Below are positions 45,549-55,720 of a stretch of DNA of 64,000 bases, piece after piece. Origin of the DNA: a virus (taxonomy: Duplodnaviria > Caudoviricetes); the IMG/VR virus record IMGVR_UViG_3300011744_000001, positions 2,218 through 66,217 of that record. One strand, written 5' to 3'. Each line of letters starts with the position of its first letter. The first letter of the stretch is position 1. Below the pieces are notes generated by a model. That model saw only the letters and a program-made list of their open reading frames with translations. It was not told where the DNA came from and searched no databases. The translations under genes and the position numbers were made by a program.

Positions 45549-47093
45549 ATGGCTGCTTCAGACATTTTATCGCTCTTGTTGGGACCAAGTGTTAATAGCG
45601 TCGTTCCACAGGAAATGGTGGACGCGAATCAGGAAGCCATGGCGCATATGTATGAATCCGTTGCGCCGTTTTCGCTTGGAACACATCCGACAAAGGACAA
45701 TAAAAAACGGACCCGTAAGGAAATCTATACCAAATGGGAGCAGATGCTAAAGTTTGCGCCTGTAGCGGAGGGAATCGGAATTCATGTAATGGCTGCTTTG
45801 GGCGGGGATACCCATAGCGGGCAACAAATTTTTATTACTCCAGCAGAACGTTTAAGAGGCAAAGAGTTAAGTGTCACGGAAAAGGCACAGTTGGAAAAAC
45901 TCGAAGCCCGTATCAAGCCAGTAGAAACCATCATAAACAAGTACATAGTGAAACTTTGTTCCGAGGGTATCTCGTTTGGTGATGCCTATGCCCGTGTATA
46001 TGGTAAGAAAGGCGTGGGTATTACTGATTTACTGAGCAATGAATATACCTATCCACCCCAGATTCAGGCCTACGAACAGGGTAGCAAAACTGTTGCATAT
46101 TTTGCTCTAAATCCGAAAAATTGGTCAAAGGTGATAACCAAGCTCAACAAGAACCAGATGGTTCGGATGAAGCTGCCACGAATTTTAAATGTTCCCCAGT
46201 TTGATCCTATTGAAGCAAACATAATTGCTCAAATGCTGGAAAATGACGATCCTGAACAATCACCAATTTTACCCAGTCAGGTTGGTGGTTCCTTTCTCTA
46301 TATGATTGAGAAAGCATATGATGATGTCATTCTTGCACTGACAACAATGAACAGTCAGCAGGTTGCCGATGCTGTCAACCAGATGTTTTTAACCCTGAAT
46401 ATGTCTGGTATGCCACCAGCCCAGCGAGAGGCCTATACCCGTGCACTGGAGGGGATACTTAGGGACCATGAGAAGTTTGTAAAAAATGCCATGGAGGGTG
46501 GAGAGAGTATCTGGAACACCAAATATCATGTATTGCCCACTTGGGATGAAAAGCAAATCCTAAACCCTGTGGGGGACATTAAGGGACAGCGTAATTCACC
46601 GATTAACATTGAAACCTTTATGATCAATGTCCGTATCCTGATGGGCGGGATTGGGCTTGACCCTAGCATGGTTGGGTGGGCAGATATGTTGTCTGGTGGA
46701 ATTGGCGATGGAGCTTCTTTTCATACGTCTAGCCAGATCATGCGCCGTTCGATGTACATTCGACAATCAACCTCTCAATTAGCTAATGATCTCATGCATT
46801 TAGACTGGGGCTTTGCATATAACGAACAGCTAGATGAACAAGATTTTCCGTGGCAAATTGAATTCTCAAGCACACAATCGGCTGCTGTGACCGAAGAAAA
46901 CACCAATAAACAGACACAGATGAATACAACCCTGTTGAAGATTCAGGTGATCACTTCATTGAAAGAATCCGACTTATCAGAAGAAACCATGCAATACATT
47001 TTAGAAAAAGATGCAGGGTTTAATTATCATGATGCCTGTCGCATAGCCAAGGATATTGCTGATTCCCGTCAAGTTCAGGGAGAACAAGAATAA
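45549..47093 (+). CDS. Portal protein (P1 Prt-like)
   Basis: 514 aa, own late promoter; GDAYARV and GGIGLDPSMVG features of T4/P1-type portals. Confidence 0.6.
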   Translation: MAASDILSLLLGPSVNSVVPQEMVDANQEAMAHMYESVAPFSLGTHPTKDNKKRTRKEIYTKWEQMLKFAPVAEGIGIHVMAALGGDTHSGQQIFITPAERLRGKELSVTEKAQLEKLEARIKPVETIINKYIVKLCSEGISFGDAYARVYGKKGVGITDLLSNEYTYPPQIQAYEQGSKTVAYFALNPKNWSKVITKLNKNQMVRMKLPRILNVPQFDPIEANIIAQMLENDDPEQSPILPSQVGGSFLYMIEKAYDDVILALTTMNSQQVADAVNQMFLTLNMSGMPPAQREAYTRALEGILRDHEKFVKNAMEGGESIWNTKYHVLPTWDEKQILNPVGDIKGQRNSPINIETFMINVRILMGGIGLDPSMVGWADMLSGGIGDGASFHTSSQIMRRSMYIRQSTSQLANDLMHLDWGFAYNEQLDEQDFPWQIEFSSTQSAAVTEENTNKQTQMNTTLLKIQVITSLKESDLSEETMQYILEKDAGFNYHDACRIAKDIADSRQVQGEQE

Positions 47094-47827
47094 TGTTTGG
47101 ATTGAATCTTGAGATTGAAAAAGAAGCTCCAAAATCTACAACTAGAATTACACATGGTATGTGGTCAGGTATGTCAGTTGATCAAGCTAAAGTGGAATAC
47201 AGTAAACTCTATGCGGTGGGGACGCTTTCAACAATCCATTTTGGTGTAAAGCTTAAGCCGTTTGATTTGACTGGAGCTTTGGCGCGAACAAAAATTAATC
47301 TACGCAATCCTTATGAGTTAGCAAATGAATATGCTGATGATTTTGCTTTATTTTCAAGAGAACAAGGATGGGATACACCAAGTAATGGCGACCCTATTCC
47401 ACTCGTTGATAAAGATTTTATGTTGCCTTGGTTGTGTCAGAGTATTGATCTTTCAATTTTGGATGCTCAAACAGACAGTGTTCAAGTAGGCGCATTTCAG
47501 CTTAATCACATTACAGGCAATGGATCAGGTGAAATCTCAATTCCATTTATTGAAACCCGTAATGCTGCCATTTTGAATAGTGCAAGAGCAATCAAGGCAA
47601 TCATGTTTCCAGATGGAGAAAATGGCGGAACTCAGGCATTACCCAAAGATTATTTGATGGAAATGCAGATCTACATCTACGACAAACACAACCACAGAAC
47701 TAAAGTATTTTTTATTGAGCATCTGGTCGCATTACAGGCGGGGAGTATCCCCCTCGATGCAACAAATAAAAATGGAATTGGCATCGTTACCCTTAATTTT
47801 GTGAAGATGTTTCCAATGCTGCTGTAA
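47093..47827 (+). CDS. Tube-like baseplate protein
   Basis: Tube-fold-like WLCQSIDL...ISIPFIET pattern. Confidence 0.4.
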   Translation: MFGLNLEIEKEAPKSTTRITHGMWSGMSVDQAKVEYSKLYAVGTLSTIHFGVKLKPFDLTGALARTKINLRNPYELANEYADDFALFSREQGWDTPSNGDPIPLVDKDFMLPWLCQSIDLSILDAQTDSVQVGAFQLNHITGNGSGEISIPFIETRNAAILNSARAIKAIMFPDGENGGTQALPKDYLMEMQIYIYDKHNHRTKVFFIEHLVALQAGSIPLDATNKNGIGIVTLNFVKMFPMLL

Positions 47828-47903
47828 TTGGAACAGCCCATCTCCACACAAAGCCTGAAATGTAAAAATTGCCTCAATCACAATAATATTGGGGCATTTT
47901 TCA

Positions 47904-50147
47904 ATGCGTAATATCGACATTTTTCATTCATTGCATGAACCGCACACCAGCCGTGTTGTGGAGGGCTTTGATTCAGTTAATAGTGGTTCATGCTCAATCG
48001 GGATCATCAAGGGGCAATATCGTCAGCTCAATGCGATTGTGACTGAAACCGCAACCGATGATGACCAGTGGCGTATTGTGAATTTGAAAGGTTCCCGTAA
48101 AAAATTCAATTTAGATGGCCCTGTGACTGACATCCCAGCCTTTGATTCTGTGGCTGTGCTCGGTGCTGTGGATGATGATCAGGCCAGTGCCTTGGCTCAA
48201 CTACAATTCGGGCGTATGTTTGATGCCAGTGAAGATGATGTAATTGAAACCAACCTAAATGGCCTTTTACGCCACTTGGCAACCCCACATTTTCACAAGC
48301 ACAGCCAGTTAATTCGTCGTCATCATTTAACAGCATTGCAAGACGTTCCTTGCGCCGTTGTACCAGGTTGGGATGGGATTGAACTCACCACACATGAGGG
48401 CAAAACCGCAAATCTACTGTTGGATATGCAGCGCCATGATGACCAATCAGGATTGTTGTCAAGTTTTGATGGACTGGCTCAATTGCTGGAATCCATTGGT
48501 GCCGAATATGCAGATTTTGATTCAATCATTGTTGAGTATCAGTATCTCGACAAACTGATGAATATGCTGCATAAAGCAATGCAGACTGCATCAAAGGGTG
48601 GTGTTAAGGTTTTAAAGGTAGACCAGAGCGACAAGCCTTTCCGCCATAAAAAGGTATTAAACGTTGCCGTTTCCTATGACTTTGAAGATGGGCAAACCAT
48701 AACAATCCTGTTTCATCATCCTGATCGGGATGCCAAACGTATTGCACCACAAGATACTTTGTTGTCTTGGAAAATCCTGATGAATAACCGAGATGTAACG
48801 GGTGTGATTCAGCCGAATCAGGGAGAGGGTATTGCCTTGCCCGTGTTGGCAGGTCGTGTCGTTAAACTGATTAACCAAAACAGTGCCCGATTCAAGCGAA
48901 CACAAGTCAAGAAAGCTGCCAGTGCTCAAGCTTTGGCAGATGCCGAACAACGTATCGCCGAAAAACAGAATCAAAAATCTGCATTGGAGGCAGAAATTCA
49001 GGGGTTATTAGCCCAGATTGATGAATCAGCTAAATCGCCGACACGGGCAGAGCTAGAACAGGTTCAGCAAATTACCGATGAGATGAATGCTTTTGGCGCT
49101 GACAAAGTTGGTTATCAAGGCATTGTCGCATCGATTGAGGATGGGGAAAAAGTAAAAGATATGCCTGATGGTTCCTGGGTGATTAAACATTCAGATCATG
49201 GATATACTTTTTTCTACCAATTACCTGATGGTAATTATGGCGCATCCGAGACATTGCCAACCTTGGAGCAGGCTTATCAAAATATGCTTGAAAGCCGAGA
49301 AGCAAATTTAAAATATCCTGATGACAGCAATGCATTGACAAGTTATAGGGCTTATAAGGATGGGGTCAACACGCCCGAAGCAAGCCCGAATAACGCTAAA
49401 CTCGTGACAAAAACAGAAGCAAGAAATATCTATGATGCACTCAGTATTCGTCATAGTTGGCTCACTGGTGGCACCACTGAAGAATTCTTTAGACAGAACT
49501 ATCCCGAAAGTATTAATGAAGCCTTGACAGATGCTAAGGCATTGCTGGAACGGCCTTTCGGAAAAGTTGCAACCGCAGCAGGCCTGAAACAGTCAATTGA
49601 AAGAATGGTTCAATCCGTTGAAAACACGATTGAACGCTGGAAAGCTGGAAAAACAGAAGATGCACCAAAAACCAAGACTTATCCACCTGTTGAGGACTTG
49701 GGAAATGGTTTTTATCGGGCATTTAAAAACGATAAAAGGGATGATGAATGGATCGCACATATTAACCCAAATGGAGAATGGGAAGTATCTGCCAATAACG
49801 CCCAGTCACGGGCATGGAACCGTGGGTATGGTGCGCCACGTTTCTTTAAAACAATTGAGGAAATGATGGTGAAGTATCCAGCTTTTAGATCGTTGCCTGC
49901 TTTGCTGGAGGCAAAAGTACCAGATGGAAATGAACCTGATGAGACTGGGAATGAGGCATCTACAGATGATGCAGATTACCTGAATAAAGTGATTAAAGGG
50001 GAAGTGGATTTCTCTAATTCAAGTGAAGTTGAGGCCCAGCTTGAAGCAATTGGCGGACGATTAGCCCCTGAGATTAATGATCTATTTGAACAAGCTGTAA
50101 CGGCATATTCTGTATATCAAGTCGATCAGGCTAAATTAATTAACTAA
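47904..50147 (+). CDS. darA: DarA-like internal virion anti-restriction protein
   Basis: DarA-N region (FEDGQTITILFHHPD...NNRDVT...QNSARFKR), coiled coil, and DarA-C-like end (DYLNKVIKGEVDF...LFEQAV). Confidence 0.7.
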   Translation: MRNIDIFHSLHEPHTSRVVEGFDSVNSGSCSIGIIKGQYRQLNAIVTETATDDDQWRIVNLKGSRKKFNLDGPVTDIPAFDSVAVLGAVDDDQASALAQLQFGRMFDASEDDVIETNLNGLLRHLATPHFHKHSQLIRRHHLTALQDVPCAVVPGWDGIELTTHEGKTANLLLDMQRHDDQSGLLSSFDGLAQLLESIGAEYADFDSIIVEYQYLDKLMNMLHKAMQTASKGGVKVLKVDQSDKPFRHKKVLNVAVSYDFEDGQTITILFHHPDRDAKRIAPQDTLLSWKILMNNRDVTGVIQPNQGEGIALPVLAGRVVKLINQNSARFKRTQVKKAASAQALADAEQRIAEKQNQKSALEAEIQGLLAQIDESAKSPTRAELEQVQQITDEMNAFGADKVGYQGIVASIEDGEKVKDMPDGSWVIKHSDHGYTFFYQLPDGNYGASETLPTLEQAYQNMLESREANLKYPDDSNALTSYRAYKDGVNTPEASPNNAKLVTKTEARNIYDALSIRHSWLTGGTTEEFFRQNYPESINEALTDAKALLERPFGKVATAAGLKQSIERMVQSVENTIERWKAGKTEDAPKTKTYPPVEDLGNGFYRAFKNDKRDDEWIAHINPNGEWEVSANNAQSRAWNRGYGAPRFFKTIEEMMVKYPAFRSLPALLEAKVPDGNEPDETGNEASTDDADYLNKVIKGEVDFSNSSEVEAQLEAIGGRLAPEINDLFEQAVTAYSVYQVDQAKLIN

Positions 50148-50159
50148 GGATATTTTCAA

Positions 50160-50477
50160 GTGAATGCATTAGAGAAATTAAAACTCACGAAAGAATTACG
50201 CGCCTTGATAGAAAATATTCCCAGTTTAAAAGGCATGGAAAAGTTGCAGGGTACAAAACGGTTGCGTGAGTTGATTGAATTACTGGGCGGAAAAATTACT
50301 GAATCTGTCAACGAGCTTTTTCAATCGATCATAGATGGAAAGGTGAATGTTTCTATTGAACTTCTACAAAATGTTCGTAGTGAAGCGGAAAAGAATCTCA
50401 ATGATCCTCTGCTGATTGATGCAGTTAATATCCTAATTAATCAAGTGAATGAACTGGTTGGAACAGCACAGTCTTAG
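50160..50477 (+). CDS. Small protein between darA-like and ddrB-like genes
   Basis: 105 aa, MNALEKLKLTKEL N-terminus. Confidence 0.6.
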   Translation: MNALEKLKLTKELRALIENIPSLKGMEKLQGTKRLRELIELLGGKITESVNELFQSIIDGKVNVSIELLQNVRSEAEKNLNDPLLIDAVNILINQVNELVGTAQS

Positions 50478-50532
50478 CAACTGTACATACAAAGAAAATA
50501 GTCCTTAATTGGGCTATTTTTTTGTGTGTGAA

Positions 50533-53500
50533 ATGAGCAAAGTCAAGAATGTGACAAGTGAGGCAGGGGTTTTAACTGCTTTGGATGAGATGTCGAATCT
50601 TATTACAGAATACCAAAAAGAGAATTTCAAATTTCTGTCTGGACAGCCTATTGCATCTATTCAATCAGGGCTGATTAAGCCTGATGCCGAGGGTAAAATC
50701 ATAAGAAATGCAATGCAATGGTTGCGTGATTGGCTGGCTGCAAATAATCATGATCAGGAATTTCAAAATGAACAGTTAGGTACAGTAATCATTGCCCCCA
50801 GCGGCATTAAATCAGCTATGAGCCATAAACCGAAACAGATAGATATTCAGGGTCTGCCTACTTTACCCTTGATTATTGAAAAGGCGCGGGTTCTAAGTCG
50901 CTCAATGGATGATGAGGGCAAGCCGATTGAAAATATTGTTGTGGCTGCTCCAATTCATCTTGATAATGAAAAATGTTATATGGTGGTTCGGTTGAGACGA
51001 CACACTGAAGATAAGAATGATAAACCTAGGTTTTACACTCAGGCTGTTACCATTGCTAAGGACATAAAAAAAGGGAACATCCCTTCAGACCAAGTGGCTG
51101 GGCAAAATAATTTGCTTACCCAAAATGGAGGACGCTCCCGTTTATTAAATGTACTGTATGAAGCCTTGAATGTCAATATTGAGCAAAAATCAAAGAAAAT
51201 TAAAGTGTATGGCTGGAAAGCTATAGAAATGGCAAGAAATCTGACATTTGAACAATTGGAAATTCTCACCTTAAAAACGCAGAAAGAACATTTCATTCCC
51301 AAGGAGCAAAGAACTAATATTTATCTATATGATCAAAAGGGTCGAAAGAAGTTGGATGTGCTGAGCTGGGCTGTGCATCATAAGTTAGAAGAATTTAAAA
51401 ATAACCCAAATGAAAATGATAAACCTTTAGACCATGAGGATTTATTAAGGATCAGGAACGAGTTTCAGGTAGATTATGAACAAGGGGCATTTGACGGTGT
51501 TGATGGATTCGACAGCATTGATGAAGATGGTCAGTGGGTATTAGATAAAATCGATTCAATGATTGCTGTATTACAAAATTTGCATGGTGGTGAAAACAAG
51601 GTATTAAAAGGCCGTAGCAACAACGTAAAAACAGCAAAGGGAACCAAGGTATCCACCGTATTTGCGGTGCTTGAGGCTGATAAGATCATTGCCTCACATA
51701 CCGCCACTGGTGCAGAGAATCCAAATTACCCGCAAGAGTTACAGCCGCGCGACCGTAGCCGTGAATCATCACAGGCATGGGTACAGAAAACATCAAATAC
51801 GCTTGATCCTGAAAGTCTGGGGCGTTCTGGGCGTGCTGATACAGGTGCTCCGATTGTCGGTGATGATCTGGTCGTGGAATCTGGCAATGGGTGTACCATG
51901 GCAATACAGCTTGCCTATGAGCGTGGAAATGCGGATGAATATAAACAGTGGCTGATTGATGAAGCTGAATATTTTGGCTTTAACGCGGAAACAATTACCC
52001 AGTTTAATCAACCTATCCTTGTCAGAATCCGTACTTCTGAGGTTGATCGTGTTCAGTTTACTGTGGAGGCAAATCAGGATGACAAGCTTTCATTCAGTGC
52101 CACAGAACGTGCCAAGTCTGATGCAAAACGATTGGATGAGAATTTATTGTCCCTGTTTATGCCAGGTGATGATGGGGATTTACTGACAGTAGCAAATCAA
52201 AAATTCATACAGGGTTTTCTGAAATCACTGGGCGAAACAGAGGCAGCGCAATACATCACTAAAGATGGAAAGCCAACACAGGCATTGGTGACACGTATTA
52301 AGGCGGCAATATTCAGCAAGGCCTATAATGATGACCGACTACTTGAAATGATGGCAGACCAAACCAAGCCAGACCTACAGAATATGCTGAATGCCTTGGG
52401 TGCAGCAGCCCCTAAATTTATTGAGGCTCAATCGGTCAGCCGTGGCAATGTTCAGGATGTTTCAAGCTCTATTGTGGATGGTATTGAACAGGCACTGGAT
52501 AAACAGGTTGCCAATGCCATTATTGACGCTGCCAATACAATATTGGCTGCAAAGCACAATGATCAGGATATTGCAGAGTTTGTGAAACAGCAGGGCCTAT
52601 TTGGTGACCTCGGAGAGGGTGTGCCAGAGCTTGCAATATTCCTGTCTAAAAACAGTCGCAGCGCAAAAAAGATGAGTCTGTTATTTAAGGCAATGGCTGA
52701 ATTTGCAGAGAAACAGGCATTAGACCAACAGAATATTGGTCTGTTTGGTGATCCTGAACCAGTCAGCATTAAAGATGCGATTGATTACGCCGTAAACATC
52801 ATTGAAGAAAATTATGGGGAAAATACCAATCTGAGCATGTTTGATTCAGTTGATTCAATTTTCACACCTACGTCTTTTGACCAAAAAGCCCATGAAGCTG
52901 CCACATCACCATTAAATGATCTTGAGCAACCCTCTACTGAACAAAAACAATCTGGTGAATATCAGAAAGGTCATTTGTCTATTGGTGACTTAAACATTGC
53001 CATTGAGAATCCAGCAGGTTCATTCCGCTCTGGCATTGATGCACAGGGTAATGAATGGCGAATTAGGATGCAGCACCACTATGGTTTTATTGAAAATACC
53101 ATGGGTGCCGATGGAGATGAAATCGATGTATTCGTTAAAAACCATTTAGACCATATTCCTGACCATGCCTATATCATCAAACAACTAGATAAAGATGGAA
53201 AGTTTGATGAGCACAAAGTGATTTTAGGTGCCGAAACTGAGGATGAAGCCAAAGAAATTTATCTGTCCAATTATGAACAGGACTGGCAGGGTTTTGGTGA
53301 CATTAAAAGAATATCCATGGCTGATCTATTGCAGAAAATTCAGCACACCTGGTCAGGGTTTGATTCTTGGGCTACAGATGGAAGCTATGAACATATTCCC
53401 TTGAATAAGATCATCACTGACAATGTGCCAAAAATTCATGAAAGCAAAATCAGTAAAGAAGACCCAATTGTGGTGATTGAAAAGCTTGGCAAATATCACC

Positions 53501-54702
53501 TTATTGTTGGTTTAGGACGATTGGCGTTGGCAAAACAACGCCGTGAGTCATTTATTCCTGCAATTATTTTCGATGCTAATGAGGTGAAAGATTCAATCAT
53601 TCAAAAGGCGATGAAAAAAGCAGGTGTGATAGTTGACCCTGTAGCTTTAGCTGCTTTGATTGTGGATGAATTAGAAAAAAGTTTACTCCATAGTTTTGAC
53701 TCTATTGAAGGTAACGTTACTAGAGACAATGTGCTAGATGTCATTGATCAGTTGATTGAGACTGTTGAACGGTTCGAGATTGAACAGCACCAAGATCAAC
53801 CTCATACCCACGATGAAAAACAAGCACTTGAGCTATTTGAGTCTTTAGGGCGAGAGGGCGTGATGCAACGCCATGAAGCAATTATTAGTATTGCCCAAAA
53901 GCGGATGGACGAATGGATTAAAAAGCAAGGCGGGTTTGATGATAGTAACCTCACTGCTATTGATTACATGACCGATGATGAGAGAACAGAATTTCATTTA
54001 TTGAATTTAGCATTATCTCTTGGTGTAAATACTCAAAAGGAAGCACAGCAGAAAGTACAGGAAAGATTAGCAACTCGTCGTGGTAAAAATGGCATCACCC
54101 ACATTGAGGGCAAGCAATCTGAAATAACAACTAATGATGTGGTGGAAGAGTCCTTTAGCAAGGCGGAGGCTAATACCGAAGTGAGTGATGCAGATGATCA
54201 TAGTGTTTTAGGCAAAATGAAAACTAAGCTTGCTCGCTTAGAATCTGAATTTGACATGATTTTCAGTGATCAGCCGTTTATGGGGCATGGTGGTACACCA
54301 TTTATTCTTGATAACTCTAAAGGTCGTCAAATGAAGCGTAATCACGATAAGCGTGAAGAGCGTTTGCAGGCAAAGAAAAAACAGATTGAAGACCAAAAAG
54401 AAAAAATTCAAAACATGGAGTGGCGAATTGCTAGTCGTAATACTCAGACTAAAAAGAGTGCGAAATTTATTGAAAAAAATCCTATTCATCAAGGCTTGTT
54501 TGAACTGGAAAAATTAGGTTTGGTCAAACAATGGAGAAAGAATCCTCAGTACTTTTTTGTCAATGATTTGGATAAGGTGGCTTTGGCAACTTTTGATGGT
54601 GAGATTGGCTTCTCTAAACGCTTCCCTGTTAAAACTCAAGCCGAACTAGATACAGTTAAGGCATTAGTCGCTCAGGCAAATGCTTTTGAAAATGTTGCTT
54701 GA
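50533..54702 (+). CDS. DdrB-like large polyvalent protein (LPD3-like, ddrB-type ParB, InPase domains)
   Basis: LPD3-like N-terminus; ParB-like LQPRDR...VVESGNG(C)TMAI; InPase IENPAGS.RSG...HYGFI...GADGDEIDVF...FDEHKV; start moved to ATG 50533. Confidence 0.75.
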   Translation: MSKVKNVTSEAGVLTALDEMSNLITEYQKENFKFLSGQPIASIQSGLIKPDAEGKIIRNAMQWLRDWLAANNHDQEFQNEQLGTVIIAPSGIKSAMSHKPKQIDIQGLPTLPLIIEKARVLSRSMDDEGKPIENIVVAAPIHLDNEKCYMVVRLRRHTEDKNDKPRFYTQAVTIAKDIKKGNIPSDQVAGQNNLLTQNGGRSRLLNVLYEALNVNIEQKSKKIKVYGWKAIEMARNLTFEQLEILTLKTQKEHFIPKEQRTNIYLYDQKGRKKLDVLSWAVHHKLEEFKNNPNENDKPLDHEDLLRIRNEFQVDYEQGAFDGVDGFDSIDEDGQWVLDKIDSMIAVLQNLHGGENKVLKGRSNNVKTAKGTKVSTVFAVLEADKIIASHTATGAENPNYPQELQPRDRSRESSQAWVQKTSNTLDPESLGRSGRADTGAPIVGDDLVVESGNGCTMAIQLAYERGNADEYKQWLIDEAEYFGFNAETITQFNQPILVRIRTSEVDRVQFTVEANQDDKLSFSATERAKSDAKRLDENLLSLFMPGDDGDLLTVANQKFIQGFLKSLGETEAAQYITKDGKPTQALVTRIKAAIFSKAYNDDRLLEMMADQTKPDLQNMLNALGAAAPKFIEAQSVSRGNVQDVSSSIVDGIEQALDKQVANAIIDAANTILAAKHNDQDIAEFVKQQGLFGDLGEGVPELAIFLSKNSRSAKKMSLLFKAMAEFAEKQALDQQNIGLFGDPEPVSIKDAIDYAVNIIEENYGENTNLSMFDSVDSIFTPTSFDQKAHEAATSPLNDLEQPSTEQKQSGEYQKGHLSIGDLNIAIENPAGSFRSGIDAQGNEWRIRMQHHYGFIENTMGADGDEIDVFVKNHLDHIPDHAYIIKQLDKDGKFDEHKVILGAETEDEAKEIYLSNYEQDWQGFGDIKRISMADLLQKIQHTWSGFDSWATDGSYEHIPLNKIITDNVPKIHESKISKEDPIVVIEKLGKYHLIVGLGRLALAKQRRESFIPAIIFDANEVKDSIIQKAMKKAGVIVDPVALAALIVDELEKSLLHSFDSIEGNVTRDNVLDVIDQLIETVERFEIEQHQDQPHTHDEKQALELFESLGREGVMQRHEAIISIAQKRMDEWIKKQGGFDDSNLTAIDYMTDDERTEFHLLNLALSLGVNTQKEAQQKVQERLATRRGKNGITHIEGKQSEITTNDVVEESFSKAEANTEVSDADDHSVLGKMKTKLARLESEFDMIFSDQPFMGHGGTPFILDNSKGRQMKRNHDKREERLQAKKKQIEDQKEKIQNMEWRIASRNTQTKKSAKFIEKNPIHQGLFELEKLGLVKQWRKNPQYFFVNDLDKVALATFDGEIGFSKRFPVKTQAELDTVKALVAQANAFENVA

Positions 54703-54890
54703 TTTGGCAGTTTATTTATTTATACGTGATAATCATGGTGGTTTGATCGATGTCCAGAATCAGCGTGGAGTTGGATATTTAAATGGTCGGTTGTGCCAAT
54801 TCGAGTTAATCAAATAATGAATTGGAACATGCCCTAAGTTTGATTGCACCAAAAACGCAAAATAGCCTTATTCAGATAGGGCTTTTTTTT

Positions 54891-55718
54891 ATGGCAGATT
54901 TGGCAAGCGCACAGGCAGCGAACGCTGATACAACGACCCAGCCAGAGGATTTGAGTGCAGATCCTTTTTGGGGATTTGTCTCAAAACATAAATTTGCTGA
55001 ATTTAACCTGTGCATCAAAACGAAAGATGAAAATGACCAGGATAAATATGTCACTGATACGTCACAGCCAACAATCCGCGCATTTCTAACTGATGGCGAC
55101 ATTAATTTTGAAAGCCAATGGCAAACGCCGTTTGAAAATTCCAATCCTGAATTAAAGATGCCAATGCTGATGGCTGGTCTACAGACAGGGCAGACCGTTG
55201 CCTCTATCGGTGCCGTTGGTGGGGCGCTGTTTGGCAAGGCAGCGGAGGGTATTGCATCAGCAATGCAGCCAATCGCTGATTTTGCGAAAAAGGTCGAGGG
55301 TAAGACCAATTTAAATAAAGTTAATACCACTCAGGTTTTTCTATCCACTGCATCAGTACACTTAAACCTGAATGTCTTTTTCATAGCTTTGAATGATGCC
55401 CAAAAAGAAGTGGAAAACAAGATTATGCATTTGCAGTCTTGGGCTGTACCAGCGCATCTATCGCAGGGAACGGTGCTGACTGATATTTCAGACCAAGGGA
55501 TTGATGGGCTGTTTTCAGGTGTGATTCCACCATTTTTAACAGTCTCGACCCATGGCAAAACCTACTTTCCTTTTGTTCTCCAAAGTGTTTCTGCTCCCAT
55601 TGTTGCGCCAATTGATGAGGCTGGCAACAGGTTAAGCCTTGCCGTAACACTAAGTTTGATGAGCAAAACTGCCTGGGATGCTCAGGATGTCCGTAATCTT
55701 TATAACTACAAGGTGTAA
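54891..55718 (+). CDS. Tube-like baseplate/tail initiator protein
   Basis: The tracked TTG start at 54822 lies inside the promoter motif, so ATG 54891 is used; function from context. Confidence 0.45.
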   Translation: MADLASAQAANADTTTQPEDLSADPFWGFVSKHKFAEFNLCIKTKDENDQDKYVTDTSQPTIRAFLTDGDINFESQWQTPFENSNPELKMPMLMAGLQTGQTVASIGAVGGALFGKAAEGIASAMQPIADFAKKVEGKTNLNKVNTTQVFLSTASVHLNLNVFFIALNDAQKEVENKIMHLQSWAVPAHLSQGTVLTDISDQGIDGLFSGVIPPFLTVSTHGKTYFPFVLQSVSAPIVAPIDEAGNRLSLAVTLSLMSKTAWDAQDVRNLYNYKV

Positions 55719-55720
55719 AT

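Noticed and set aside
50509-50532. Tracked TTG starts at 50509 and 54822
   Set aside because: They fall inside the promoter or hairpin elements; downstream ATGs (50533, 54891) are preferred.
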